64,000 nt of DNA from positions 32,001-96,000 of IMG/VR virus record IMGVR_UViG_3300044825_000904; one strand, 5' to 3'. The notes beneath the pieces were generated by a model. It was not told the origin of the DNA. It saw only the letters and a list, made by a program, of their open reading frames with translations, and did no database searches. Origin of the DNA: a virus. This document shows, one piece after another, positions 20,616-30,839 of the stretch. Made by a program: the position numbers and the translations under genes. Every line of letters starts with the position of its first letter. Positions within the stretch are counted from its first letter, which is position 1.

Positions 20616-21704
20616 TTAGTTTTTTAAAGATTTAATCTTAAGTCTGTTACCATGGTCACTATCCAATGCTGTTACTTTAAACCCACCTTTGTCGATATTT
20701 TGTGGAGCATTTCTAACGCTCATATCGATGTTCTTGCTTTGACGAACTGAGTCATCAATTGCATCTGCTTTGCCCATATCATAAAAGAATTTGGCCATCG
20801 CATCCGGGTTCATTGCCGCAGCAATTGTTTTGTGATACTGTTTAGCATCCTTAATGTATCCATTTTCATCAACGAAATTAGTGAAGAATTTGGAAATGTC
20901 TGTTTGTTGAGCTTTCAGCTGCTCTGGAGTTCCAGGTTTATAAGATACTTCCTTATCTCCAACTTTGAAATCAAAACCTTTGAATTCATCAGAGAATAAT
21001 TCATTTGTCTTATTCATAAAGTACTCCGACTTTTTAGCCTGCTCTTGCTGCATAGCAGTAGATTGGCTGATATATTGCTTGTAAGATTCCAAAGCCTCTT
21101 TGTCCTCAGCAGGAATAGCAGCTTCCATCCTCGACTCAAGGGGAGCTTTGTATTTTTCCTTTTGTTCTTCAAAGTACTTTGACGCCTTGCCAAGTTCTTT
21201 TTTAAGTGCTAACTTCTTGCGTTTGATTTCTTTTTCGTCATCCATCTCCTCATCGTATCCAAACTTTGATTCATATTCGAATGCGATATCCTCATCATCA
21301 AAATCAGGATTAGTCTCACGCATGTAGTCAGCTAGAAGTCTTTCTGGGTTAACCTTAGAAAAATCTTGGTTAACACGATAGAAATCTTCTAAACCACGCC
21401 CTGTGTCTTTCTTGAATTTTAAGAAAGCATTTACGTCTTCAGGAAGTAATTCCTGTTGTGGTCTCTCTGTAAATAATTCATCCAAAGAGTTTACCTCCTT
21501 GTTGAACTTTGTTTTTAAATATGAAAGAACGTCGTTGTCACCAAATTGCGGCGACTCTACTACAGGTGGCTCTTCTACATGTGTCTCCTCTACAGGAGCT
21601 ACATCTTCAGCCATCTTTTGTTCGTGCTGATCAAGCAACTGTTGCTCGATTTCTTGCACAGACTTTTCTTCAAAGTCTACAAGTTTTACTTGAATATTAT
21701 CCAT
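20616..21704 (-). CDS. Putative scaffolding protein
   Basis: Acidic coiled coil between portal and MCP. Confidence 0.65.
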   Translation of the reverse strand: MDNIQVKLVDFEEKSVQEIEQQLLDQHEQKMAEDVAPVEETHVEEPPVVESPQFGDNDVLSYLKTKFNKEVNSLDELFTERPQQELLPEDVNAFLKFKKDTGRGLEDFYRVNQDFSKVNPERLLADYMRETNPDFDDEDIAFEYESKFGYDEEMDDEKEIKRKKLALKKELGKASKYFEEQKEKYKAPLESRMEAAIPAEDKEALESYKQYISQSTAMQQEQAKKSEYFMNKTNELFSDEFKGFDFKVGDKEVSYKPGTPEQLKAQQTDISKFFTNFVDENGYIKDAKQYHKTIAAAMNPDAMAKFFYDMGKADAIDDSVRQSKNIDMSVRNAPQNIDKGGFKVTALDSDHGNRLKIKSLKN

Positions 21705-21741
21705 TTAATTAAATTTAGTTGCACAAAAGTAATAATAAAAA

Positions 21742-24174
21742 TTATCTTGGGTTGAATTGCTCTAAATCAAAGCCATCTAGAGAGTCTTCTTCTGATTCGA
21801 AGTTCATCGCTGGAAGGTCTTTTTGACGTTGTTCAATTAACTTAGATTGTTGAGTAGCTTGAAGTTTTGTGCGATCGTCTTTAGCTTTCTCCTTATCCAT
21901 ATCCAACTGCTTAACCTTCTCTACCTCCATGCCTCTTAATTGCATGTTATAGTTAAATTCAACAGCCATAAGTTGTTCTTTAATCTGAGCTTCTGCTTGC
22001 ATGCGTTGAATATCAAACTGCATCTGTGCTTGAGCAATTTGTGCTTTAGCTTGTGCTTCTGCTTGTACTTTTTGTAATGACGCTTGAGCTGCCGCTTGAG
22101 AAGATTGGATATTACCCTGAGTCTGCATTTGAATCTTAGCTTGCTCATTCTCCATATCTTTCTTACCCTTATCCTTACGCTTCATCTTAAGCAACTCGTT
22201 AGCTAACTTAAGATTCTTCATTTGACGGATATCAATAGCATCCTCAAGAGTAATTTGATCACGCTGTAATGCCATCTGAATGTTAGCCTCTAATTGAGCC
22301 TTCTCTTCTTCGTCAGGAGCAACCTCAATGAAAATACCAAAGTCGTGTAAGTACAAGTCTTTAATCTCCTCTAGAAGACCAACAGCATACTTACCGATTT
22401 GCATCGTAAACTCTTCTTTGAAATCAGAGTATTCTAAGATATCGGCAACACGAAGCGATAACGCTTCAGATAATCTACGAGTAATAAATAAACTTCCTTC
22501 TAAGATGTGGCGAGTTGCTGTGTTTGAATTTAATGCAGCAAGTTTCTGTACGCCAACTAATGCATCAGGATTAGGAGTAGAAGCATCACGAGCTTCATTC
22601 AATCCTGTTACATCACGTATCATGCTCATGTACTGATTGTATGCATTAATCAATGCAGTAATCTTACCTTGACCACTATTAGTATTAAGTTCTTGAATAG
22701 GAATACGACCATGGTTTAAATCACCATCGGTAGTCATACTACGTCCAATAACACTACCAGTTTGGAAATACAAACGAAGAGCATCTTCAGGATTGTAAGC
22801 ACCACCAGTTCCTAAGTCAACCTCATTGATACCATCAGCATCGATGAACACACCATCCGGCACAACACGTTGTAGAACTTGTTGTAATTTAAGGTGGGTC
22901 ATTTGAATTAAGTCAGCAAAAGGAATCATACGACGAGTCAATGACTCGATGATACCTTTGTACATTCTTGGTGCTACAGCGATGTAGTTTGGTAACGCAT
23001 ACTGAGAAGCAGACTTAGGGCGAACCATATTGCGAGCAAGCTCCCACTTAAGTAAATAAGGAGATCCAGGTACCATAATACCTTCGTACCATACATCAAT
23101 TCTCTTTTCAATTCTCTCGAATCTTTCTTCAGTTCCTTCAGGAGGGTTGAAATTTTCATCTTTTTGGATTACACGAACGCCATTGTTCTCAAGGTATTTC
23201 TTCTTGTAAACAAACGTCTTGTCAGTTTTATAATTAAAATATAATAACGTAACTACATCTCTGTTAAAGATGTCGCTACGATAAGGACGCATAATTCCAT
23301 AATAATTGTACCACGCTGTTCCTAATTGTTGAATCTCTGCCAACTCCTCTTTTGTAATGTCTGGCTTAATCTTAATTAGTTCAGTGATTGGTACTTGCTT
23401 TACTTCTCCCCAATAGAAACAATCGTCAAATGTTGGAGATTCAGTGTAACTATAAACAATGTTAGCGGGGTCAACATACTCAACACGAACTCCTGTTCCT
23501 GGTACAAATGAGTGCTTTACTACTCCGATACCGATTGTTGTGATGTCGTAGTCGACCCTTTTACGAACGTCTTGATAATGATTTAAATCTAAGATAGTAT
23601 TGATTGCCTCCTCTTCAGCAATCTCAATTGCAGGCTTATAATTAAGCTGCATATATAACGATAACTCTTGGTCGTTCTCTGGTAAATCTTCCTCAGGAAC
23701 ATTAAATGCATCAATACCAAACTCTTGCTTAGTTTGAACTAATAGGTCTTTAGCAATCATATCTGCCTCAACCATCTCTTGAAACTTAGAGCGTTTGTTT
23801 GATGACATAGCATCTTGTGCATATGCTTTAACCTCAAATAATCGGTCATGCATACCGTTAACAACGATGTCAACAAACTTAGGGATGATTGGTACAGGAG
23901 TCCAGTCTAGGTTAATGTGCGACATGTCGCCATCAACTTCTAATTGGCTTTTATATTTAGCTACTGGTTGTTCACCACGAGCATAAAGTCTAACTCTATG
24001 GAAATCAATCCATTGTGAATAGTATCGGCAACTGTTGCCTGTCTTTGCAAACCATTCATATGAAATGCTTTGCCCAATTCTTAAGCCATATTCCCATGAT
24101 GCCTTTTCCTGATCAGTCGCTAACTGCGAAGGGAATTGGGTATCTGGCATTAATATTCCAAGAGGTTTGTTCAT
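21742..24174 (-). CDS. Portal protein, module A
   Basis: RLYARGEQ, NLDWTPVPIIPKFVDIVVNG, IRDVTGLNEARD; Gln-rich C-terminal barrel helix. Confidence 0.85.
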   Translation of the reverse strand: MNKPLGILMPDTQFPSQLATDQEKASWEYGLRIGQSISYEWFAKTGNSCRYYSQWIDFHRVRLYARGEQPVAKYKSQLEVDGDMSHINLDWTPVPIIPKFVDIVVNGMHDRLFEVKAYAQDAMSSNKRSKFQEMVEADMIAKDLLVQTKQEFGIDAFNVPEEDLPENDQELSLYMQLNYKPAIEIAEEEAINTILDLNHYQDVRKRVDYDITTIGIGVVKHSFVPGTGVRVEYVDPANIVYSYTESPTFDDCFYWGEVKQVPITELIKIKPDITKEELAEIQQLGTAWYNYYGIMRPYRSDIFNRDVVTLLYFNYKTDKTFVYKKKYLENNGVRVIQKDENFNPPEGTEERFERIEKRIDVWYEGIMVPGSPYLLKWELARNMVRPKSASQYALPNYIAVAPRMYKGIIESLTRRMIPFADLIQMTHLKLQQVLQRVVPDGVFIDADGINEVDLGTGGAYNPEDALRLYFQTGSVIGRSMTTDGDLNHGRIPIQELNTNSGQGKITALINAYNQYMSMIRDVTGLNEARDASTPNPDALVGVQKLAALNSNTATRHILEGSLFITRRLSEALSLRVADILEYSDFKEEFTMQIGKYAVGLLEEIKDLYLHDFGIFIEVAPDEEEKAQLEANIQMALQRDQITLEDAIDIRQMKNLKLANELLKMKRKDKGKKDMENEQAKIQMQTQGNIQSSQAAAQASLQKVQAEAQAKAQIAQAQMQFDIQRMQAEAQIKEQLMAVEFNYNMQLRGMEVEKVKQLDMDKEKAKDDRTKLQATQQSKLIEQRQKDLPAMNFESEEDSLDGFDLEQFNPR

Positions 24175-26384
24175 ATCTTGTTAATTCTACTGAAGGAACC
24201 AGTGTTATCGTAAGTTGCAAATTTAATGCTTATTTTTGACTCTTTTTTCTCAGGCAAATATACGTGCTTTTGATTTGCCATAATAGCATATCCTGAACTA
24301 ATTGACGCATCAAATTTAGTTCTGTCGTTTACGTCGAATCTAGCCCAGTCCTGAAGTGTCTTATTGAACGGCATATCGCCTATTTCATCAGGCTGACGGT
24401 AGTTACCCTCCATATCTAATCCCACAAAACGCTCTATGTATGTCTCGATTGCTGTGGCGTGTGCTTGCTTAATATCTTCACTTGATGACGGTATACCACC
24501 AATCTCTCTTTCTGTGAATGACAGTTTGTGTGCGTGCTTATCAGGACGGTTCATTGAGAACCCACGGTAGCCTCTATTCTTAAAGTGATAAAGTAGACGT
24601 GCTTTGTTGTTCTCACAAAGAATAGGCATGCCATAGAATACGCAAGCCATCAGCACCTCTTCGAAGAATATCTCTGCTGTCTGTGGACGAGCAATATATT
24701 CTAAAAAGAATTGGTTGGATGGTGCACCTGTCATATTAAACTTGGTTAACCCATGGAGCGAACCGTTTGATCCACCAAAGGTCGCACCTGAGATGTCGTA
24801 GGGGTCACAGCCAAACGCACCAATATGCTCATTACCCGGATATCTATTCCCATTCTTAGTAATATAATTATTGTTGATGCCTGGTCCAGGTATCCAAGAT
24901 ACTAGGAACCGACCATTCTTATCGGGTGTCCAAACAACCTTGGTGTCCTTCTCTCCGTTAGCCCAGTGAAAATAGCCACGTGTTACGACGTGGTCTTGTA
25001 CCAAACTGTCATTGTAGTCTATCTGCTGATAGATTTTAGTCAAGTTAAACAGAGATGACTTGGTCTCATCACGGAAAGCGTGTGACTCTGTTCTAGGGAA
25101 CTGACGATAGAATTCATTCAGTGCATCAGGGTTAGCCTTTAACGATGCCACCTCATTGTTCCAATACTCAATTACGCCTTGTGTTATCCAAGTACCCTCT
25201 GCTGAACGCACAGGCTTCTCAGGACGTTCTAATACTGCGTGACCGTACTCGTCAATATATCCCTCAAAGTTATACTCCATTGGAATAAAGAGCGAATATA
25301 GACCCGATATAGTCTGACCATTCTGGTTTCTTTTCCTGACGTTCGAGTCATAATAAATACGTTTATAGTTTTCTCCACCTTTATCTAGTGCATTAGATGT
25401 TGATCCCATCATACACTTACCGATAATCCTAGCACCTAGACGAAGACAAGTTTTTCTGACACGCCAACCGTTCTCTATGTTCATAGGACGCTCTAACTTA
25501 GCGGCCTCATCTTCAACCAAATATAATAATTTTTCTCCATCATAGGAGTTGTCTGCTGTGTTACGCCAGTCAATCGTTGTATCCAATCCATCAATCTCTT
25601 CCTCGTTCTCCTCGTGCATATTCTTACGAGTAATCTTAGAAGCTGGTACACGGAATGCAAGTTCAGTCTTTGGTGTGGTCATACCATCACGCACTGGTTG
25701 AAAAAAGAATGGATAGTTATTTGCAATCGGAACTACCTTATCGGTAAACATCTTTTTAGCATCGGGACCTGTCTTAGATGTTAAACCTATACGAGCATCT
25801 TTAGCTAAAGTTGCAATGTTAACAGCTTCTGATGATGCCATAAAAGAGAAACCTGAACGACGGTTCTTAAGGTAGCACATACCAAAGCATCTACTATCAG
25901 CCTTGCATGCTTCCCAAAATATAAAGAATACTCTGTTTGATTCACGGAAGTCAGGATGACCTACGTCGGTCTTTGACCATTGCAGATACATATAATGTGC
26001 ACCTGTGATGTAAGTCTTCTCGCCATTGTTAATAAACCAATAGCCAAGCTCACGTCTGTCAAACTCTTTTTCGATGTAGTCTACCCATTGAGACTTAAAT
26101 GAATTGTCACGACGGTTCCAATCAAAGATGGTCTTGATACGAGATAATTCTTTTGGGAGCTCGGTGGCTTTCCACTTGTTGCCATCGTAGTCAACCTTAT
26201 CAGGAGCTAGTGGCAGAGCAACTCTTAGACCGCTGATATTGTACACCTCTCCAATCGTGCCATCTTTTGACACTACCACAAAGTCATACTCAGGATCCCA
26301 TCCATACTCCCAATCTTTCTTTGCATTTCTTTTTGCAAGGATTTTTTCAGGAACATTAGAATCTTCAATGTAGAATAAACTCAT
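24171..26384 (-). CDS. Terminase large subunit, module A
   Basis: LKNRRSGFS Walker A variant, LVEDEAAK Walker B, FGCDPYD nuclease motif, TKFDASISSG. Confidence 0.88.
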   Translation of the reverse strand: MSLFYIEDSNVPEKILAKRNAKKDWEYGWDPEYDFVVVSKDGTIGEVYNISGLRVALPLAPDKVDYDGNKWKATELPKELSRIKTIFDWNRRDNSFKSQWVDYIEKEFDRRELGYWFINNGEKTYITGAHYMYLQWSKTDVGHPDFRESNRVFFIFWEACKADSRCFGMCYLKNRRSGFSFMASSEAVNIATLAKDARIGLTSKTGPDAKKMFTDKVVPIANNYPFFFQPVRDGMTTPKTELAFRVPASKITRKNMHEENEEEIDGLDTTIDWRNTADNSYDGEKLLYLVEDEAAKLERPMNIENGWRVRKTCLRLGARIIGKCMMGSTSNALDKGGENYKRIYYDSNVRKRNQNGQTISGLYSLFIPMEYNFEGYIDEYGHAVLERPEKPVRSAEGTWITQGVIEYWNNEVASLKANPDALNEFYRQFPRTESHAFRDETKSSLFNLTKIYQQIDYNDSLVQDHVVTRGYFHWANGEKDTKVVWTPDKNGRFLVSWIPGPGINNNYITKNGNRYPGNEHIGAFGCDPYDISGATFGGSNGSLHGLTKFNMTGAPSNQFFLEYIARPQTAEIFFEEVLMACVFYGMPILCENNKARLLYHFKNRGYRGFSMNRPDKHAHKLSFTEREIGGIPSSSEDIKQAHATAIETYIERFVGLDMEGNYRQPDEIGDMPFNKTLQDWARFDVNDRTKFDASISSGYAIMANQKHVYLPEKKESKISIKFATYDNTGSFSRINKI

Positions 26385-26842
26385 ATCTTTTTTAAGAATG
26401 CAACCTGTATAATTCTAGAATATTCTCCTTGCCCATAGTTATCAAAAATATTTCTTGAGTGAAGAATTGTAGAATCAAATATAAATAGTCTATTAAACTT
26501 TGCGTTGGTAATTAGTATCTTATTATAAGATTCGTCATACAATGTAGTGCCGTCATCTTTAGGTGGATTCTTTGTTAGATATAATATGGCAGTCAAATCT
26601 CCCATCATCTCATCCGTATGAATGAAGTTTGGCTCTATTTGGCCATAAGGAGATAGACGAATAAAGTTATGAGCAATCTCATAATCAGGATACATATTAA
26701 GTAGCAATTGAGCTACCTCATCCCCATCCCTAGGTTGTATGCCTTTGAAGACTTTATGTCCATCGGGCACATCATAGAATTGACCACTTAAAACATTCTT
26801 TAAGTGATGGTCAGGATTCGGTAAAAAATTATCTACTACCAT
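26381..26842 (-). CDS. 2OG-Fe(II) oxygenase (DUF6445-like)
   Basis: VVDNFL start, HxD (IHTD), GTTLY, FNRLFIFD...H...R. Confidence 0.75.
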   Translation of the reverse strand: MVVDNFLPNPDHHLKNVLSGQFYDVPDGHKVFKGIQPRDGDEVAQLLLNMYPDYEIAHNFIRLSPYGQIEPNFIHTDEMMGDLTAILYLTKNPPKDDGTTLYDESYNKILITNAKFNRLFIFDSTILHSRNIFDNYGQGEYSRIIQVAFLKKI

Positions 26843-27123
26843 TATTTACCTTTTGCTCTTTGTTCTGCAAACCCACGGTTAGTAGGTGCAGAGTTTCCAA
26901 CTACTCCCTCAATAATATTATTCTCCTCCTCGACTCTTTTAAGAATCTCAAAAGCATCCATGATGGCTAACTTCTTTGCTGCGGCTGCGTTCTTTAATTT
27001 GTCTGCAGACAAGTCATCATCCATGTGGGTAACAATCTTCTCCTCAGCAACTTTAATCAACTCTTCAACGGCTTTATATCCAGAGTCAATGATGCGTTTC
27101 TTTAACTCAGTTATTTTGTTCAT
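26842..27123 (-). CDS. Putative terminase small subunit
   Basis: Small helical protein (LKNAAAAKKLAIMDAFEIL...GFAE) upstream of TerL. Confidence 0.45.
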   Translation of the reverse strand: MNKITELKKRIIDSGYKAVEELIKVAEEKIVTHMDDDLSADKLKNAAAAKKLAIMDAFEILKRVEEENNIIEGVVGNSAPTNRGFAEQRAKGK

Positions 27124-27670
27124 CTAATTTAATTGTTAAATTCTTAGTATACATACGATACACTTTCTCACCATCAATATAGAATGGATACTCGCTCTCA
27201 GGCTCAAACGTGACCGTGTCACCCTCTTTTAATCCTAGTGCTAGTACTTCTTCGTTTGGATACTTTATCGTGCCTACAAGAGGCTTCTCTGCGTCCGCAG
27301 TAAGTATGCCTGTGCTATAGTTCTCTACCGGAGAGATGAACACGTAGCGACCAATACCAATCCAATCGGACCCTGGCTTCTTGTATGCATACGGATCATC
27401 AATAAAGTACAAGTCATCTCGGAAGTAATTCCAAGCAGACTTCTCTCTACCACGCATATCGTAATACAACCTAAAAGTATTGTGATGCACAATGACCGTG
27501 TCGCCTGGTTCAACAGGACCCTCGTATCCAATAGGCGTAGAGATAACAACAGCCTCACGCATAGTGGCAAGGTGGTCTTCTTTCGATGTAGAAATAATAA
27601 GCTCTCCCCTCGTGTTGTCATATCTCTTGCCATCACGGGGTTGCACTATAAAGTAAAATGGGGACTTCAT
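27107..27670 (-). CDS. Tandem GroES-like co-chaperonin
   Basis: Two GroES-like units: VEPGDTVIVHHN and STGIL...GLKEGDTVTF...IDGEKVYRM. Confidence 0.7.
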   Translation of the reverse strand: MKSPFYFIVQPRDGKRYDNTRGELIISTSKEDHLATMREAVVISTPIGYEGPVEPGDTVIVHHNTFRLYYDMRGREKSAWNYFRDDLYFIDDPYAYKKPGSDWIGIGRYVFISPVENYSTGILTADAEKPLVGTIKYPNEEVLALGLKEGDTVTFEPESEYPFYIDGEKVYRMYTKNLTIKLDEQNN

Positions 27671-27671
27671 A

Positions 27672-27890
27672 TTAGAAATCTATATTATATTCAATTAAGA
27701 ATGGCATATTGCCATTAATCTTTTTCCATAAGACCACCTCATCGTTAGCCTCAATGAAGATTTCAATATCTCCTGCTTCGGTCTGACGAATCAAATGAAT
27801 CTTGTAGTTTCCTTGGAGTACAGATTGATTATGCATATAATTCATTGCATTCTTATAATCTGCACCAACTGATATTTTACGAATTACCAT
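27672..27890 (-). CDS. Hypothetical protein (start revised to ATG 27890)
   Basis: IRKISVGADYKNAMNY...WKK...IEYNIDF. Confidence 0.55.
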   Translation of the reverse strand: MVIRKISVGADYKNAMNYMHNQSVLQGNYKIHLIRQTEAGDIEIFIEANDEVVLWKKINGNMPFLIEYNIDF

Positions 27891-28131
27891 CTTTGTTCTT
27901 GATTTCTCCAGTCGCAAAGTCAATCGTGATATCTCCGTACTTAGCGTGTAGTTCTTGTTGGATAGCAACGTGTGTTGTACCAGCTGTATCTAACTGAGCT
28001 AAAATAGATTGTTTCTCTACTTTGGAATTGTGAATTGATATCTCAGCATCTGCTAATGCGTTGCGAAGATTTCTGATTTCTGTATGAGCGGCTCTGAAAC
28101 GATCCAACTCGTCTTGTGTTAATTTATCCAT
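27877..28131 (-). CDS. Small coiled-coil protein
   Basis: Coiled coil ending in KYGDITIDFATGEI. Confidence 0.55.
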   Translation of the reverse strand: MDKLTQDELDRFRAAHTEIRNLRNALADAEISIHNSKVEKQSILAQLDTAGTTHVAIQQELHAKYGDITIDFATGEIKNKDGNS

Positions 28132-28180
28132 TGTATTATATTTTTTTGTAAAAGTACTAATTATATTTTAATTTTAGCAT

Positions 28181-30208
28181 ATGAAGCTACTATACTTAAT
28201 TCCACATTGCTCAACTGGAGGGATGCCCGGTTTTGTTTTAAAGAGTGTTCAAACTCTTTATAAGACATTTGAGATTGAGGTAGTAGAATATCAATGCCAT
28301 AGCTTAGACTATGTCGTGCAACGAAATGCTATCAAGGAGCTAGTTTCTTTTCATACTTTGCACGAGGACAAGATGGAGTTGTTCAACATCATCGCAAAAT
28401 TCAATCCCGACATTGTTCACATTCACGAGCCATCTGAGCGATTTAATCGTGATATGATTTCTGAGTTATATCGGGAAGACCGAAACTATCGAATCGTGGA
28501 GACGTGCCATGACGTGTCATTTAAACATGACATAGAAAAGATATTTCACCCTGATGCGTATTACTTCTGCACGCCATATCACTTAGAGACATTCGCTTCA
28601 TCTCCATCTTACAAAGAAGTGATTGAGTTTCCTATTGATGACAGGACTAGTGAGACGTATGAGAATCCTTTTTATACAAACAAAATAAACATAGTAAACG
28701 TAGGTCTTTGGACTCCTGGTAAGAATCAAGCTGAGGGGATTGAGATAGCTAGAAAGTATCCCGAGATGGACTTTCATTTTGTCGGAAACCAAGCTATAAA
28801 TTTCAAGCATTACTGGGAGCCATTAATGAAGGATTTGCCATCTAATGTTCACGTGTGGTTGGAGAGAAATGATGCACATAGGTTCATTAAGATGGCAGAT
28901 ATCTTTATGTTCAATTCTACGTGGGAGTGTAACCCACTAGTATTACGTGAGGCAATATCTTTTGGTAAACCAATCATTGCCCACAACCTGCCACAGTACG
29001 GCTCGATGTTTGATAAGTATATTCAGCCTATCGACACCGATCTAAATACTATTAAATGTAATTACAATGTACCTACAGATAATACATCAGTTAAATTCTG
29101 GGACAAGCAAAAGGCATTCTACAACAAAGTAATGACGCTAGACAAACAAGAACAAGATGTTAAAATCATCCAACACTTTGTTGGTCAGCCATACCTAGAG
29201 ATTAAGTCAGGACTGAAAGCCGACTTTAAGGTACAATACTTTGATGCTGACAAGTTAGTCTATGAGAATACTATCGGATCAAACTGTTGGGTCAAACTTA
29301 ATAGACAATACTATACTAAGTGGCATAGTAAAGTCTATATGGATGGTAGACTAATACACGATAACGTACTTGACCTAGAAGGCAAGCGTGTGTATATCGC
29401 TTTATCTAGTAAGTCATTAGGCGATACAATTGCCTGGGCACCATATGCTGAAGAGTTTCAGAAGAAACATAAGTGTAAGGTAATATTATCTACATTCTTA
29501 AATAAGATATTATTTATGCCTGAGATAGAGTTAGTGGAACCTGGAACGGTTGTGCCTAATATCTATGCTCAGTATAACATTGGTTGGTTCTATGATTCAA
29601 ACAAGGAGCCTGAGTTACCAAATACTATTAAACTACAAGAGGCAGCTACCAAGATTCTTGGTCTTGAGTTCAAAGAGATTAAGCCAACAATAATATATCC
29701 ATACAAAAAAGTAATAAACGACACTAAGTATGTGACCATTGCTACCAACTCTACATCAGGGTGTAAGTTTTGGACAAAGGAAGGTTGGCAAGGAGTAATT
29801 AACTATTTACACGAGAAAGGCTATAAAGTAATTAACGTATCGCTTGAAGAGAATCCGTTCGATAATTGTGAGCAGATTATTAATCACAACATCTTTGATA
29901 CGATGGCGTTGATCGACCACAGTGAATTCTTTATTGGATTGGGAAGTGGTGTGAGTTGGCTTGCTTGGGCTCTAGGTAAAGAAGTAGTTATGATAAATAA
30001 CTTCGCTGAAGAGGACCACGAGTTTGAGTGTATACGCATCACAAATAAAAATGTTTGCAATGGGTGCTGGAACAATCAGAACTTTAAATTTGACAAATCG
30101 TGGGACTGGTGCCCTATATACAAAAATACTCCTCGACAATTTGAATGTCAGAGGAGTATAACTGCTGATGATGTAATTAATAGACTAGTCCTTCTTAAAA
30201 ACATTTAA
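28181..30208 (+). CDS. Glycosyltransferase fusion: GT-B/GT4-like domain + autotransporter heptosyltransferase (BAHT/TibC-like) domain
   Basis: HCSTGGMP, KNQ, ECNPLVLREA (GT4); KRVYIALSSKSLGD, FIGLGSGVSWLAW and CNGCW...CP...EC Cys cluster (BAHT). Confidence 0.78.
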   Translation: MKLLYLIPHCSTGGMPGFVLKSVQTLYKTFEIEVVEYQCHSLDYVVQRNAIKELVSFHTLHEDKMELFNIIAKFNPDIVHIHEPSERFNRDMISELYREDRNYRIVETCHDVSFKHDIEKIFHPDAYYFCTPYHLETFASSPSYKEVIEFPIDDRTSETYENPFYTNKINIVNVGLWTPGKNQAEGIEIARKYPEMDFHFVGNQAINFKHYWEPLMKDLPSNVHVWLERNDAHRFIKMADIFMFNSTWECNPLVLREAISFGKPIIAHNLPQYGSMFDKYIQPIDTDLNTIKCNYNVPTDNTSVKFWDKQKAFYNKVMTLDKQEQDVKIIQHFVGQPYLEIKSGLKADFKVQYFDADKLVYENTIGSNCWVKLNRQYYTKWHSKVYMDGRLIHDNVLDLEGKRVYIALSSKSLGDTIAWAPYAEEFQKKHKCKVILSTFLNKILFMPEIELVEPGTVVPNIYAQYNIGWFYDSNKEPELPNTIKLQEAATKILGLEFKEIKPTIIYPYKKVINDTKYVTIATNSTSGCKFWTKEGWQGVINYLHEKGYKVINVSLEENPFDNCEQIINHNIFDTMALIDHSEFFIGLGSGVSWLAWALGKEVVMINNFAEEDHEFECIRITNKNVCNGCWNNQNFKFDKSWDWCPIYKNTPRQFECQRSITADDVINRLVLLKNI

Positions 30209-30454
30209 GAATTGAGCCTTAGCTAAGATAGTAACAGTCTCGCTATCTTTAATAAAGGTCTTAAGAGTCTCTTGGTCAGATGAGTCTAGGTCAAGGATAT
30301 CGCCTTTGTTTAAAGCAAGAGCCCATTCCCAATACTTCACAGCATCACCTTTGGTTTGCTGAATAAGTGTGTTAGCTAATAACTTTCCTGCATTAGCACC
30401 TTCTAGTTCTTTACCGTCTAAATCGGTTAGATTAAAATTAAAATTAAGTTTCAT
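30185..30454 (-). CDS. Hypothetical fibre-associated protein
   Basis: ORF downstream of fibre genes. Confidence 0.5.
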   Translation of the reverse strand: MKLNFNFNLTDLDGKELEGANAGKLLANTLIQQTKGDAVKYWEWALALNKGDILDLDSSDQETLKTFIKDSETVTILAKAQFLNVFKKD

Positions 30455-30474
30455 AATATATTTTTTTTGTAAAG

Positions 30475-30810
30475 TTACACAATAGGTTCTTCAACTACAA
30501 CTTCTTCTTCTACAATTGGCTCAGGAGGTACTGGAGGAACATATTCTCCTGTAATAACTAGGTTTAATTGACCTGCAATCCAATCCCAAGCATAAGTATC
30601 TTGTGACCATTCTGCATAAGCCTCTCCTGTCATAGACAGATTACCTTGAGCAACTTGCACTCCTACATTGCCATCTTCGGTTGTAGTAAATAATCCGTAC
30701 CAAAAAGTAGCAGATGTATTTAAAGTTACATTTACTGCATAAGAGTTAAGGATAGTCGCTTGTTGTACTGTACCATTGTCCCAAATTGAGACTGCTTCGA
30801 TAGTTTTCAT
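30475..30810 (-). CDS. Hypothetical fibre-associated protein (possible chaperone)
   Basis: GNLSMTGEAYAEW...AWDWIAGQLNL; acidic Pro tail. Confidence 0.5.
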   Translation of the reverse strand: MKTIEAVSIWDNGTVQQATILNSYAVNVTLNTSATFWYGLFTTTEDGNVGVQVAQGNLSMTGEAYAEWSQDTYAWDWIAGQLNLVITGEYVPPVPPEPIVEEEVVVEEPIV

Positions 30811-30839
30811 TTATATATTTTTTTTAAAATTACTAAAAA

